This document shows, in pieces, positions 21,731-36,016 of a DNA stretch of 64,000 bases; position 1 is the first letter of the stretch, and every line of letters starts with the position of its first letter. The notes below the pieces were generated by a model that saw only the letters and a program-made list of their open reading frames with translations, had not been told where the DNA came from and ran no database searches. Made by a program: the position numbers and the translations under genes. The DNA comes from Guillardia theta CCMP2712. Its lineage: Eukaryota > Protista > Cryptophyta. The stretch lies in contig NW_005434518.1 in NCBI RefSeq assembly GCF_000315625.1, positions 19,566 through 83,565 on the forward strand, read 5' to 3'.

Positions 21731-21800
21731 AGAGGAGGAGGAGGAGGAGGAGGATGAGGAGGAGGAGGAGGAGCAGGAGCAGGAGGAGAAGGAGGAGGGA
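21300..21800. repeat. Intergenic low-complexity GTA/GAA/GAG/GCAGGA tract
   Basis: Compound microsatellite. Confidence 0.9.
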
Positions 21801-22767
21801 GCCATGTAAGGATAGTTTGCGCTGATGCTGGAGGATTACGGTCATGTTCTGTGCTGACTCAACTTCGCTCCCAAGGTATGAATAATCAGGCTCACCTCAG
21901 GGCTATCCGTAAATGAATCTAGAGGCAGCGTTTAAATGTTACCTTCTCTTCTAGTGAAAAGATTCTTCACGAAAGATTCGTGGCGGCGGGCCGAACTTCC
22001 TCGGAACCCGCCGCCCCGGGCCGGGCCGGCCGCCCGGGGTGAGTGCCACTAGAGCGGCTCCTCTCCGAGTCACTGAGTCTTTCAAGAGTCTCCGGTGACG
22101 CGAGTCAGGCTCACTGCCGGGCCGGGCCCCGGCCGCCGAGTCACGCCCGGCCGGCCCGGGCAGTCCGACGCACTCAGTGACTGAGGGCCGAGTCCATGAT
22201 GGCAGTGCGGCACTGCACCGTCACCCGGGTGCCAACCGTACCTTGCACCCACCAATGACCACCCACCCATGTATTCCTGTTGAGTTTTAGCTGAAGTACA
22301 CCGGTAGTTTAATTGGAAGATATGAGATTTGGATTTGAGGGGTGGGGTTATGTTTGATCACCGTTACGGACCGTTATTCCCTGAATGGCGCGCATGGCAG
22401 AGGGGGCGGCGTGAGGAGGGGGCGAGAGGCGAGGAGAGAGGAGGAGGAGCAAAGACAGCGAGAGAAGGAAGAGAGGGAGTGAGCATGCGAGCGATGAAGG
22501 GGGGGAGAGTGGAAGGAGGGTAGCAAGACACCTCTCGGATGCAGAAGTCGGGGATGGGGTGGATATGAGTGAGAATTCTGGAAGAGGGAGATTATCCAGG
22601 GAGGAAGGAGGGTGAAAGTTGTAGAGGAGAGAACGTCGATAAGAGTATCAATAAGAATCTTGTAAAATTCGCAAAGGGACGGTGGAAATGGTTTGATAGA
22701 ACCAGAAGCAAGTCCTGACCCCTGACGGACTCACATAACAAGTTTTTCTCACGTTGTTGTTTCACAG

Positions 22768-24558
22768 ATGGCGGATGTCGAGATGGTGGATGGGGACGAC
22801 GCGTTAGGTAGTTTTACTCTGTCAACCACTGATTGTTGTTCGTGATATGGTGTTTCAGCTCAAATCAAGATTCTAATCGACGAGCTTCGCAACGATGACT
22901 TTCAACAGCGGCTGAAGGTGAGGTGACCTCGGCTCGTGTGTCCTGCTGAACTATCCCTCCCAGTCTGTCAGGAGGCTGACCACGATTTCTTCTGCTCTTG
23001 GGGTGGAGAGGACGAGGAACGAGCTGGTTCCGTACCTGAACGGTGAAGAGCATGCGGCATGAGGCAGGAGGCTAGAACGCTCACCCTCGTTGCAGAGCTC
23101 GCGGTAGAGTCGGAGGATGAGGACGAGGTCCTTCTTGCGATGGCGGAGGAGATCGGAAACCTTATCCCGCATGTCGGCGGCAACGAGCATGTGCACCACT
23201 TGCTGCTTCCCCTCGAGACCTTGTGCGCTCCTGAGGAAGCGCTTGTGCGCGATAAGGTCGGCGCGTCCTTGCCCCGCTCGACGGGCTCTAACGCACCAGC
23301 AGGCTGTGGAGTCGCTGATCAAGGTAGCTGAGGTGATACCCAACGTGGAAGAGGCCTTTGTCCCGCTCATCCGAAGACTTGCAACGGGAGACTACAACTC
23401 GCACAGGATAGCTGCTGCTCCCCTCTTCGCCACGGTCTACAAGCGCGTCTCAGAGTCCTCAAAGGCAGAGATGAGGAGGTGAACACGTGGACCTGCAGAT
23501 GGATGTGCTGCTGACGGGGTTGACCATCAGGCTCTTCGGGCAGCTCTCAAAAGATGATTTCCCGATGGTCAGAAAAGCTGCATGCACGGCCCTCGGCGGG
23601 TTCTCCCAAGTTCTCGAGCAGAACCACCTGCAGAACGAAATCATCCCTCTCTTTACTAGCCTTGCTCGTGATGACCAAGACTCCGTCCGCATCGTCGCTG
23701 TTGACAACTGTGTCACATTGGGGAGGATCTTCCCGACCGACAAGAACCAGTCACTCGTGTTGTAAGTCTGGAATGTGGCCGGGCAAGAGCTCTCGATGTG
23801 ACGGGATTGGCAGCCCTGTGATCCGTCAGCTGCAGCAAGACAAGTCATGGCGTGTGAGATACATGGTTGCTGACCATTTCTGCGAGGTACTCGTCTCCTC
23901 TGATCTGTTCTACTTCTCCCATCTTCCGTTCTCCTCCCCTCCTACTCTTCTCTTGCCCTCTTCTGATGCCCTCCTCTTCTCTTTACTTCCCCCCCAGTCT
24001 CTCTCGTTGTTGTTCAACTAATGCACACTGGCAGCTCTGTGAAAGCATTCCACGAGAAGTGATCGAGGCAGAGATGTGCCCAGCCCTTGTCAAGTTTCTC
24101 AAGGTGACACCCTACCACGCATGACAGAAATCAAAAACTTGTCTGCAAGCATTCACTACATCTCCTAGTCTTCCATATGAGTTGACCTGCTCTCTTGAAT
24201 CAACCTGTCTTGATTCCTTGTGCCCTCCTGCCTTCCTTGAAATCGCCCACAACTGTCTGTACCCTCCCAGACAGCAACCCACTGTTCTGTGTAACCATTG
24301 ACATGCTCGACTTTCGCTGCAGGACACAGAGGCTGAGGTCAGGACGGCTGCAGCTTTCAAGGTCGCGGGCTTCTGCTCTAAAGTCTCGGTGGACGTCGCG
24401 CTGAACCAGATCATGCCCTGCATCCGCGACCTGGTAGTGGACCAGTCGCAGCATGTCAGAGGTGACCCTTGCACCCCTGTTGACCTAAGAATCCTTCTGA
24501 TCTCCTCAACCTTTCATACCTTCCTTTACCTCTTCCCTCTGCCGTCTCTCCTCTGCCC

Positions 24559-24592
<34 letters not shown>

Positions 24593-26506
24593 CACTTCTC
24601 ACCCCCGCTCTCCTCCCACTCAGCCCTGTCCAAGTCGGGCTTGGCTGCTGACACATGCCCCGCAGCTGCTCTTGCGTCAGTGATCATGGGGCTCGCTCCC
24701 GTGCTGGGCAAGGAGCACACGATCGAGCAGCTCGTCCCTCTCTTCCTCTCCCTCCTTAAGGACGAGCACCATGAGGCACGGCTCAACATCATCTGCAAGC
24801 TCGACAACGTGAACCAAGTGATTGGAGTAGAGTGCCTTTCCCAGTCTCTCCTCCCAGCTATCATCGAGCTTGCGGAGGACAAGCAGTGGAGGGTGAGGCT
24901 GGCGATCATCGAGCACATTCCTCTGCTGGCAAGTCAGATGGGCGCCAAGTTCTTCGAGGAGCGACTGGCTAAGATGTGCATCACGTGGCTTGCGGACAGC
25001 GTGTTCACCATCCGAGAAGCTGCTTCCTTGAACCTCAAGTGAGAGGGAGGGAGGGAGGGAGAGAGGGAGAGGGAGGGGGAGGGAGGGAGGGAGGGAGGGA
25101 GGGAGGGAGGGAGAGTCCTGCCGCCTGTCTGCTTGACCCGCCCTCCTCCTGCTCCTCCTGCTCCTCCTGCTCCTCCTGCTCCTCCTGCTCCTCTTGATTC
25201 TCCTGCTCTTCCTCCTTCTACTGCTCCTGCCGTTGTTCGTATGTGTTTCAACACCTTTGCAAACATTTTGAGCTCAAATTTTCTCTGTCCTCCTTCATTC
25301 GCCAAATTAAATTAACCGAAGTCTATGCTAATTTTCACGATTTTGCAGGAAGCTAACGGAGGTGTTTGGAGTGCAATGGGCGTCAGTCTACATCATTCCC
25401 CAAGTGATCGAACTTTGCGGTCACTCCAACTACTTGTATCGCATGACAGCGATCAACAGCATTGCGGTAACATGACGTGACTTTTCAAGACCTTTCCTCT
25501 TGCCTCCCGTGATTGCTGCCTCTGTGACTTTTCTTGCTCCACTCGAGATTATTCGCGCGTGCTAGTTCGTTTGCTTCTCCCTTCCTTCCCCTGCCATTTC
25601 TTTCCTATCCTGTTCGCTCCCCCCTCCTCTCCCTTCCTCTCCTCTCCTCTCCTCTCCTCTGCTCTCCTCTCCTCCCTCCTCTCTCACACCTCCCTCACAC
25701 CCCCCTCCTCCGTCTTGTTCATTTCTCATCGCTTCTGCTGCTCCTACTGTCTTCTCGTTGGCCTCACTCATTTTACAGAACCTCACCAGCGCCGTTGACA
25801 AAGAAAAGCAGAAGCAGATGCTGAATGCTGTCGTAGTAGCTACCAAGGTGATCGCCATTCCTTGACAACGGAATCTTCTCCACCCACCACCACCACCTCC
25901 CTCTCCTCCTCGTCTCTTCTTCCCCCCCCCCTCCGTGTCTTTCCTCTACCCTCCCCGCCCCTGCCTTCTTCTCTCCTTAAATCGTCTCACTATTTTGCTA
26001 CGCAGGATCCTGTTCCCAACTGCAGGTTCAATGCTTGCAAGGCCATGGAGCTGATGCTTCCTGCTATAGACGCGCAGGTCAGTCAAATTTGTTTCCCTCC
26101 CTTTCCCGCTCCCTTCCATCCATTCCAGGCCCCTCCCTGTCTTCCCTCAACCCAATTTTCCGGCTGATTCTTCTCCTCCTGTTATCCCCCCCACTCTTCT
26201 ATTCTGTAATCTTGCTTGCTCGCTCGCTTGCTCCCCTCCCTCCTCTTCTGATTTCTCCTCACTGATACTTCTTCTTGCAGATCGTAGACTCAACAGTGGT
26301 TCCTGCTTTGAACTTGCTGTCCAACGACGAGGACCCTGACGTGAAGGTGCACCTTTTCTCCTGCTCCCCTTGCTCCAGCTCCCCTTGCTCTTGCTCCCCT
26401 TGCTCCTGCCTTTCCTCGGCTCTGCCGTCCTCGTCGCTCACTGTTTCTTCCTGGTATCTGGCAGTTCTTCGCCGCCAAGACCTTGAATGCCTGCATGAAG
26501 GCCTGA
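22768..26506 (+). CDS. PP2AA: Protein phosphatase 2A scaffold (A/PR65) subunit, HEAT repeats, multi-exon
   Basis: [107 protein letters not shown]. Confidence 0.97.
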
Positions 26507-27271
26507 GCTTCTCAACATTCTTGTCATCTCTGTCAAGTTGTAATTTTCCTTGGGCGTTTGCAACCTCAGCTGATTTTACGTGTGAAGTGAAAGGCTGCAC
26601 ATCTCAGTCACCGTACCGTACTGTCTCAAACACCCAGGCTCTCTGGAGGCTCAGTGTCAAGGGCCTTGGGGCCTGAGTCCGGCCGGGCCCGGGCCCGGTC
26701 ACCTGGCACCGGACGGTGGCACGGTTCCGAGTTTACACCCCGGGCCCGCCGGCGGGCAGGCCGGACCGGCTGCCCGACTCGGCGGAGTGACTCATCCGAA
26801 GGTTACGAGCCTCACTTCCTTGGATGACCAGGACCCTCTCTTGTCACCTTAAAAGTACCCCTACTTGTATCACCGCACCTCCAATTTACTTGCAGCTACA
26901 CCCCTACCCACCCGATCCCAGAGCGATACGCCACCGGTCATATGAAGGGGTGCCGATATACAAGAACCAGGGTAGGGGTGAGCTGCATCTACAGATAGTG
27001 CTGGCGGGATGGGGGTGGGGTATGGGAGAACAAAAGAAATGAGACCGGTGGTTCAAAATGTTCAAGTTAGGGGGTGGGGTGGATAGGGCTGTGGTTTCAA
27101 TCCAGGGATTGCAGGGGAGGGGTACCCATTCAACTTCAGGGGTGGGGTTAAATTCACTAGTAGTTTTGGGGGTCCTTATCCACAGACGCAAACTATCAAT
27201 CTGATTAAGATGGGGTGGGTAGGGGTTGCTTTATCTTGGGGGTAGGGGTGCAAAGGACAGGACAAGGCAAG

Positions 27272-30200
27272 ATGGCGGGAGCCGCGTCAATGGTTTGCCT
27301 AGTGCTGCGGGCGCTGGACGTCGCAGCATGGCTGATGAGCATGGGTCCTCTTTTTATGATCCTCAGAATGATGAAGTCCAGGCCCAAGGTGAGCATGCTC
27401 TCAAGAGCCCCTGTTGCAAGCGCTATGCTGGGAAGCGAGCATGTCTGTGACACGTAGGATAGTTTGATGGCCGACCCTACAAGACTTTCTGTGTCCGCGA
27501 GGATGTTGTTGATGCTACTGCGGAGTTTTTGTTTTGATAAGATGAACAATGCGATAGAGGAGTGCGACGTTCTTCTCTCCTTTAGAAATACTGAGGATTT
27601 TAGAAGCTTCGAAGCAATGTGCTATGGGTGATATGCCGCTTCCTGAGCAGCAACTCCATTGAGGAGAGGAAGATGGAAAATGGTTTGTAGGAGCCAGTGA
27701 GGCAATAATGATGTCAGACAAGAGCAGAATACAAAAGGCTCAATCAATGTGACGAGTGAAGAGATGATAGATGTGGTTCATGGGTTTTTCTTAGTGGTAT
27801 GAAGGGGTCGGGGCTACAGCTCCGCTTCCTCCCGCCTTGAGCTTCCTCCACTCACCGCAGCCTCCAGGTCCGAGCCATCTCCAACGAATCAGACACGCCA
27901 AGAACACGGGCAGGATACTCTGACCTGACCTGCTCTCCGTGAGTTCCTGTAGATGGGGTCTATCATTGAATGACTCTGCTCGTCCCGTTCAGGTTCCCGG
28001 AGGACAACGTCTTCACCTTGTTCGACCTGCACCAGTATGTTGTCAAGAGATACGCCGATCGACCCTGCCTTGGCACCCGCGCGTTCCTGGGCAAGGCCGA
28101 CAAGGGAGATCCGTAATGCTTCTTGTGCTGCGTTTTTCCCTCTCACTCGCAGTTGTGCAGCGCTAAGGGGCAGCGTTTTCCTCCGGAGATCTTCGGCGAG
28201 ACCTCGTGGATAACGTATTCTGAATTCGCCGACAAAGTGAAAGCTTTCGGTGAGATCTCCCTGCTGAACGCTCCCCTGCCCCTTCGTTGCTGCCTCTTTC
28301 GCCTCCGTGCCATGGCCATGGCTGTTTGTAGCTCACACAATGCATGCGATGCTGTTCCTCTCTGTCTGAGAAGTTGTCGCTCTGATTGCACGTCATTCAG
28401 GAAGCGCTCTCCGCGACTTGGGCATGGTCTCACACCCGTGAGTGCCTCTTGCTCGCTGCTTCCTGGGGCTGACTGACACTTGACGGCAGGGACGTTGACG
28501 ACTTCGAGAAGGTCCTGCTGATCCTCTGCTGCTCTCCGATATGAGGCTGATGCGATGGTGCAGGTTCATGCTCCATGCACCTTCACCATCTACGAGAACA
28601 CCTGCGCTGATTGGATGATCGCTTCCCACGGCTGCTTCTCTCAGTCCTTGGTCTGCACCACAGTCTACGCGACTCTCGGGATTGATGCAGTGATCGCTGC
28701 GGTGAACGAGTGTGGGTCGACAACTCTCCTTTGCAACCGCATGAACGTGAAGGCGCTGGCGGACAAGGCAGGGGAGATGCCAACCCTGAAGAATATCATC
28801 TACACTGAGGACAAGGTCGCGCCCAAGGATCGTCTCAACAAGCTGAAGCACGACAGGGTCAAAGTCTTCTCCATGGACGAGATTATTGAGATGGGCAAGA
28901 ACCAGCCCCGCGAGTCGGTCGCTCCCACCCCCAACAGCATGGCCGTCATCATGTACACCTCTGGCTCCACGGGCAAGCCCAAGGGAGTGTTGATCACCCA
29001 CAAGGCTCTTCTCGCCATGGTGGCTGGACTCGTTCACCACTTCCTCCCCCACATCAAGCCCGGGCGCGAGGTCTATGCCGCTTTCCTTCCTCTTGCTCAC
29101 ATCCTCGAGCTCGCCGCCGAGAACTCTCAGCTGGCCATCGGCGCTGCCCTCGGCTACTGCGACCCGCGTACGCTCACCAACAGCGGCAGCGAACCGCTGG
29201 GAGCGCTGGAGGAGTTCAAGCCGACGCTGATGGCTGCGGTGCCCAAGATCTGGGACATCATCAAGAAGGGAGCAGAGGCGAAGGCGAAGGCAGCGGGAGG
29301 GCTCAAGGCTGCCCTGTTCTCTTATGCCGTCAAGACTAAGGTAGCAGCGATGAAGTGGGGCATCAGCACGCCGCTCTTCGACCTGCTCGTCTTCTCCAAG
29401 ATTAAGAAGATCACCGGAGGCAGGCTCAAGATCGCCATCAGTGGAGGAGGACCCATCGACGAGGAGGTGCAGTCCTTCTGCTCTGCCGCCATCTGCCCCA
29501 TCATCCAAGGGTACGGCCTCACGGAGACCTGCGGAGGAGGAACTGTCCAGTTCATCGGCGACACGCGCGTGGGGGTTGTGGGCATGCCGCTCTCCTCACT
29601 GCAAGTGAAGCTCATTGACGCCAGGACGGAGGACAACACCGAGTACATCATGGACAGCAACGGAGTCCCCTACAGGACGACCGACGTCCTCAACGCCAAC
29701 GGAGAGCCTTGCCTTGGACGCGGAGAGGTCCTCATCGGCGGCAACGTGGTGACCTCGGGCTACTACAAGATGCCCAAGGAGACGAAGGAGGCGTATCTTC
29801 CTGGTGGATACTTCGCTACCGGAGACATCGGAGAGTGGACCCCCGACGGTTCGCTCAAGATCGTTGACAGGAAGAAGAACCTGGTGAAGCTCAAGGGAGG
29901 AGAGTATGTTGCCATCGAGCACATGGAGATGAAGTTCAACAACTCCGTCTTCGTGGACGCGCTGGCTGGAGGAATCCTCGTGTATGCCGGTGGAGACGTC
30001 GACCGTTCGGTCGCCTACGTACAGGTCAACAAGGGCGAGCTGGAGAAATGGGCCAGGAGCGAGGGGATCGACCTGCCATACCAGCAGCTGATCAACGATG
30101 CTCGGGCGAGGAAGGTCGTGTTCGACTCGCTGGCAGCAGAAGGGAAGAAAGGAGGACTCGGCGACCTTGAGAAGTTGTTCAACGTCACTCTCCTCGACGG

Positions 30201-30548
30201 GCAGATGGGTCAGGGACCGGACGCCTGGACCCCGCAGAATGGCGGGCTGACGGCCACCAACAAGCTGCAGAGGAGGACGGCCATTAAGGTAAGCGGGAAT
30301 GAAGGAGAGTGAGGAGGGAGGAGAGGACGAAAGAATGACGTGGAAGGGAAACAAAGGGGAGGGAGGAGACGGTGGAGACAGGAGGGAGGGAAGCATGGAA
30401 GATGAAGAATGGGTGGGAGGGGAGGAGGAGCAACTAAGTGCATGCTGTCTCTGATCCTGCTTGACCCGTGACGCAGTTGATCGGCCAAGAAAGGTTCGAG
30501 AAAGGAAAAGTTGACGCAAGACAGGACTGGATGAGAAATTTGAAGTGA
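27272..30548 (+). CDS. LACS: Long-chain acyl-CoA synthetase (ACSL3/4, LACS8/9-like), multi-exon
   Basis: AMP-binding motifs IMYTSGSTGKPKGV and GYGLTET; ATGDIGEW..LKIVDRKKNLVKLKGGEYVA; N-terminal membrane anchor. Confidence 0.95.
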
Positions 30549-30679
30549 AGAGCCCAGGCATCAAGTGTGTTAGATTCATTTGACAGTGTTCTGGTTAAAG
30601 ATACCAAAATCCTTCATTCACGATACAAAAATCTTTCATTCTCCGACCCTTCCCTTCCTCCTACGGCGCCATAGGTCCT

Positions 30680-32188
30680 CATAGCCACCGAGGAGGATAT
30701 ATTACATTCATCAGGCTGGTCTGTTAAGAGTTCACGGGTGAATCCGTCCCACTAGAGTCCTTTCCGTCCATCTGATCCATATGTCAAGATGCTTCCTTCC
30801 TTCTCCCTCCCTCTCCTTGTCCCTCCCTCTCCCTCTCCTTGTCCCTCCCTCTTCTTGTCCCTCCCTCTCCTTCTCCCTGCGTTTCTCATTCTCTCCTTTC
30901 TCCATCTTCCCCCTTCTCACCTCAGCAAGCTCCACCACATGCCCTTGCGGCAGGTCCATGACAGTGATCTTCTCGATACTCGCCAGCGTCACTTCCTCGA
31001 ACATGTGGGCCTCTCGCTCGGGCACACGACCGACGTCCGACATGCCTGCCACGAGCTCAGAAGGGCACAAGTCGAGGAGGGGATGGGGGAAGTAGCAGGA
31101 GAGGAAGGAAGACATGGGAGGAGGATGGAGGAGGGTAAACATGATGTAGGAGGAGACAAGAGGATAGATGGGAGGCGGAGGAGCAGGAGAAACAATCGGA
31201 AGCGTGAGGACGATACCTTTCTCATGATCGACCCAGAAGATTAGGATGATTCCCAGGATGCTCATTCCGCAGAGAAAAAAGAAGGCAGCGCAGATGGAGT
31301 CTGTTGAGAACTCGTCAAGGGAAGAATGAGAGCGAGGCAAGACGGACTTGTCTTGTTGTAGATCTCAGCGCAGACGAGAGGACCCAGCCATGATGATCCC
31401 TGAGAGAGGAGAGGAGAGGGGAGGAGAGGAGAGAGGAGTGGAGAGGAGGAGAAGAGAAGAGAAGGGAGGAGGGGGGAAGGACGAGAAAGAACGAGAGGAA
31501 AGGAGCAAGATCAGTCATGTTGATATCAGGTGACATCATCTCACCTTATCCGTGATGGCGTAGAAAGCAAAGAATTCGCTCTCCTTGCCCGGAGGTGATA
31601 AATCCGCCCATGTGGCCCTTGAGTACCCGTGAAGAGCGCTGCAAGAGCATGTAAGTTCCTCCTTCTTTCCTTCCTGTCCCCTTCTCCCTCCCCTCCCCTC
31701 CCCTCCCTATCTCTACTTGCCTACCATCCCTTTGCTGACTGCCTCCTTCTCCCTTACCCGATTAAAAGGCCGTAGAAGAAGCCAAAAGGCCAGAAAAGCT
31801 CCCACACGTGACGCATGCCAACTTGCGATGACTGCCAGCCAGTGAGAAACAGAAGAGCGAAGGAATGGTGAACTGCAAGAGATGATAGAAGAGGCGAGAT
31901 GATAGAGGAGAGGAGAGGAGAGGAGAGGAGCGGAGAGAAGAGGAGCGGAGAGGAGAGGAGCGGAGAGCAGAGAAAGAGGAAGAGAGCAGAGAAGTGGGGC
32001 AGGGCAGAATTTTTTCGTTGACCTCAAAAAATCCTGACATTCCCCATGCGCTGATGAAGACATTGATAAGGACCAGCATCATCAGCACGTACTTGACGGG
32101 AATCTTGAAGTGTCCTGCGCCCTCCAAGTCAACCGAATGCTTTCAGTCTCTCTCCATTCACTCTCTCCTTCAACGTCTTTTTTTTCCG

Positions 32189-32223
<35 letters not shown>

Positions 32224-34437
32224 CACACACACACAGACTGTTGCTCTACCCTCTCGCTATGTGCTCCTCCTCCTCCTGCTCCTGCTCCTCGACTCACCTT
32301 CCAACCAGAAGAAAAAGTAGCATCCAAAGATTGCCACTACGTGGACTTCGATGACAACGTACAAGATTTGGGTCGCGTTCATACACAAGATGTTGGTCCC
32401 AGCAAGCACTCCGACTGAGGGGAATACATTCAGTCACTCGTTCTCGTCTTCTCCTGCTCCTCATGACTCACCTGTTGAGAGCGTTGAGCAAGCGTCGGAG
32501 TAGACGAACCTGTTCGTGAACATCACCACTCTCTCTTTCATGCCGCATGGATTTCAACCCCTCCCCCTCCCCGCTCTTCACTCGCTCCTTACCATGCCAG
32601 AGCGAACTTAGCAGTTTCCGGGTATTTCATGATCTCTGTAAGCATCAAGTGAGACCCATCAATCGAGAGAGTCCAGCACACAAACCTCGGAGAGTTCGAT
32701 AAGTGTTGATCCATCCCTTGAAAATCAATCGTTCTCCTGTTGTCACACCGTCAGAGTTTGCATGAAGCAGCAATGCTCATCGAGCTTTCACAACTTTCAT
32801 AACTTGCTTCAACAAGCCATGCAAACAAGCATGCAGCACAAACATGCTTTCATCACCTGCTGGGAGATCTTTTCCAGGATATTCACGCATATACTTGAAG
32901 GTCCATAAGGAAAACAGCATAAACCAGCCCCCGCAGAAGGCAAGTGCTGCCCGTGTGCCTATCCTGTATCCAAATCCTGCAAACCTCGTCACCATCACCT
33001 TCTCCTCTCACATCTCCCTTGTCTTCTCCCTCCACCCTGAGCACGATTCCTCCTCCCTCCTCGCTGCCTCCCTCTCCTCTCCTCTCCCCTCCCCTCCCCC
33101 TCCTCGCCCCTCGTCTTCTCCTCACCGGGTAGGAACGAAGACCCGTCCTTCTTCGTCAGCCCCAGGGCGATCATTGCGCATACCACGCACGTGATAATTC
33201 CTGCCACGTACCCGATGACTACTCCGATCCCACTCATGGCGTTTTGAATTCGCTGCCACAGTCGCAAGTCGCCGTTGGAAGCCTTGTAGTCCTTGTGCTC
33301 CGATGCCAAGAGCGGGAGGAACTGTCACGAGAGAGCAGTGAGCAAGGGAAAGGGAGAGGGCGACAGCAGCGAGGAGAGGAAAGGAGGAGAAAAGAGGTAG
33401 AACATATGGTATCAAGAAACGAGCGAGAAGAGGTTACCGAGTTGTAGAAGACTGTGCCGAGGCCGTAGAAGCCGTTCATCAGGATGGTCAGGATTCCAGC
33501 ATAGACGTACATTGAGGGTTTCGTGATGGCGAGGTACAAGAATAGGCAGATGCAGCATAGCACAGTCGAGATAACAAGACCCTGTCTCCCAAGATTATTC
33601 TCCCCTCTCTACCTTCCTCTCCTTCTCCCCTCTCACCCCACCACACTTCACCGAGATCCATCAAGTGCACCTCTGTCAGCTCCCCCCCTCCCCCCTCCCC
33701 CCTTTCCTCGACCCCCTTTTGAAACCCCTCTCTCCCTTTCCCACCTTCTTCCTATGCGTGCCGTAGTCGCCCATCGGGCCACAGGTGATGTAGAGAAACG
33801 CTTGCAGGGCAACGCTGAGCGACGTGACCTTCATAGCAAACTCGAAGGGCCCGACAGGGAACATGAAGTCAACAGTCTTGGGGACGATTGGAGTGATCGA
33901 TGCTGCCTTGGGGTTCCACTGGAAGACTCCCTCACCCACTACGCAAGCCTTGCAGGGGTATTTCGTCCCCGGACAGCCACCCTTTTGTGCACAAGTGAGG
34001 AGAGAGGACGTGCGAGAGCCGAGGGAGAGCACGATCGAGGGAGGAGAAAGCAAAGGTGACAGAGGGAGGAGAGAGGTCGGTGCACAGAGAGAAAATGATG
34101 GGAGCAAGGAAAGCTACAGTGATCACCTGCAAAGTACAAACATCTGGACAAGGGACGGTGAGGGAGCCTTTGTAAGCTTCGTCGGCGGCTATGTTGTTCA
34201 GGAAGACAGGAAGAAGCACAGCAAACGCTGCTGACGCGATCGATTGATTTGCCCAGTCGTACATGTACCATGCTATCCTCTGTTTCCGAGAACCAGTTAC
34301 ACGGGGCCAGGTATCACTTCAGTTCATACCTCCTTGCCTTCATCTTTGTACTTGCTCAGGTCATATTTCAGGAAGTTCCATAGATTGATCTTTTCTGCTT
34401 TGGTGAAGATAACCTGATCTTGATTTTCCTCATCCAT
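30680..34437 (-). CDS. MFS transporter, ATG22/UMF1 family, multi-exon (ends approximate)
   Basis: WYMYDWANQS..AVLLPVFL; GPMGDYGTHRKK; VFYNS; GGWFMLFSLWTFKYMREYPG; SRATWADLSPPGKESEFFAFYAITDK. Confidence 0.88.
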
Positions 34438-36016
34438 TCTTCACAATGGCGCTCCTTCGATCCTTCAACGCGGCGATACTTCAGTTGGAGAACATAATCT
34501 AGTCTACGAGAAGCTTGTAAACCTGTCAACCAGAGCAAGATTCAGCTGTGCATCACACAAGTCTGAGCTAGGATTATTCATCATCAATCACCCGCTTCCT
34601 CTTTGTAATGTTCTCCTTTCTCTTCTGCATTTTTCTCCACTTCCTCCCCATACTCACTCGCTACCCCACATTTCTTCGCTGCTTTACTGCCGAGCGCCGG
34701 AGCACCTGCCCCCGCTTCAACCGTGTAAATCACACCCCCGGCAATAAATAGTCCACCCGGTCCTAATACCTGATATACCCCACCCTTTTAGCATCGATTA
34801 GAGGACCCCACACCCACCTGAGCAGTGTCGGGACACCCTCACCCCCACATTCAAGGAGTTACTACCCCACCCCTAAGTTACTCCACAACACTCCTCTTGT
34901 GCAGATCATAACCCCACCCTGGCTAGGATGTTTGTTCACCCCTACCCCAATTTTTCCATATTGTCACCCCACAAAATCACTGCAACAAGAAATTATCAAC
35001 CCCTGTGGCTATGATGAAGTACCCACCCCCGTATTCCCGTCGATGTGGGGGAAACTGATAATGTTTTAATTTTAAAATAGTTTTCGGACCTAGAGGCGAT
35101 GACCACCGAAACCCGAACCAACCTTCTGCCTAACATTTGATATTTACAGACAAAATTTGGAGTATATTTACTACATGTTTCAAGAAAGTGCACCCCTCGG
35201 TGCTGGTGTCACTCCGTACAAGGTACATTTTAGCCAATAATATGAAGCCTCACGAACTTCTATCATAGGATTTGAAATTTCTATTTGATAACAAGCAGAA
35301 TTGGAACGTCGTATTCATTTTTGAGCTTCATGGACGAAGGGAGGGAAGGAGGGGTGGATTTTGATAGGAGAATGGACGGGTACATCTGGCAGTCGGAGCT
35401 CGTTGTTTCTTCGGCATTTCTTTTTTTTGTCATCAAAGAGCCGAACTAACTCGTTTCAAATCTTGAAGCAGAATTTCAAAAGGAGCTTTATCACGGTGCA
35501 AAAGTCTTCCGATCGGTATGCAGGGAGGGGTGGTAGACGGTAGATGAGTGAGTAGGGGTAATCCAAGGTGTTGGTGGAGAGATAAAGCTCATACCGGATG
35601 CACAACTCGGACATGGCAACAGCGGCAGCAACAGCGGGTGATCGACGACAGGTGGGATCACGAGATTCTACCAACTTGCCTTGAAGGATCACCTTTGACA
35701 TGATGAGAGGAGTTGAAGACGTTGGAGTAGATCGAATGATCAGTGTTCAACAACACCAGCCAGGAAACAGCATCTGGTCCGTGCATGTAAAGTCATAGAA
35801 ATTGATACGCAGATGTGAAAAGACACCTACAAAGGTGCCAGCAAGATAAAAACAACCACAAGGACTTGCTTTTGATGAAGCAGGAGAATTGAAATCGAAA
35901 GATCAATAAAAGGGAAAGTGCAATGCAAAGAGGAAAGTCAAAACTTCGTGAGTATACTTTATTGTCGTAATCGACTCAGACAAAGAAAACTCCGATTCAC
36001 AGGCCTTCTTGCTCAT

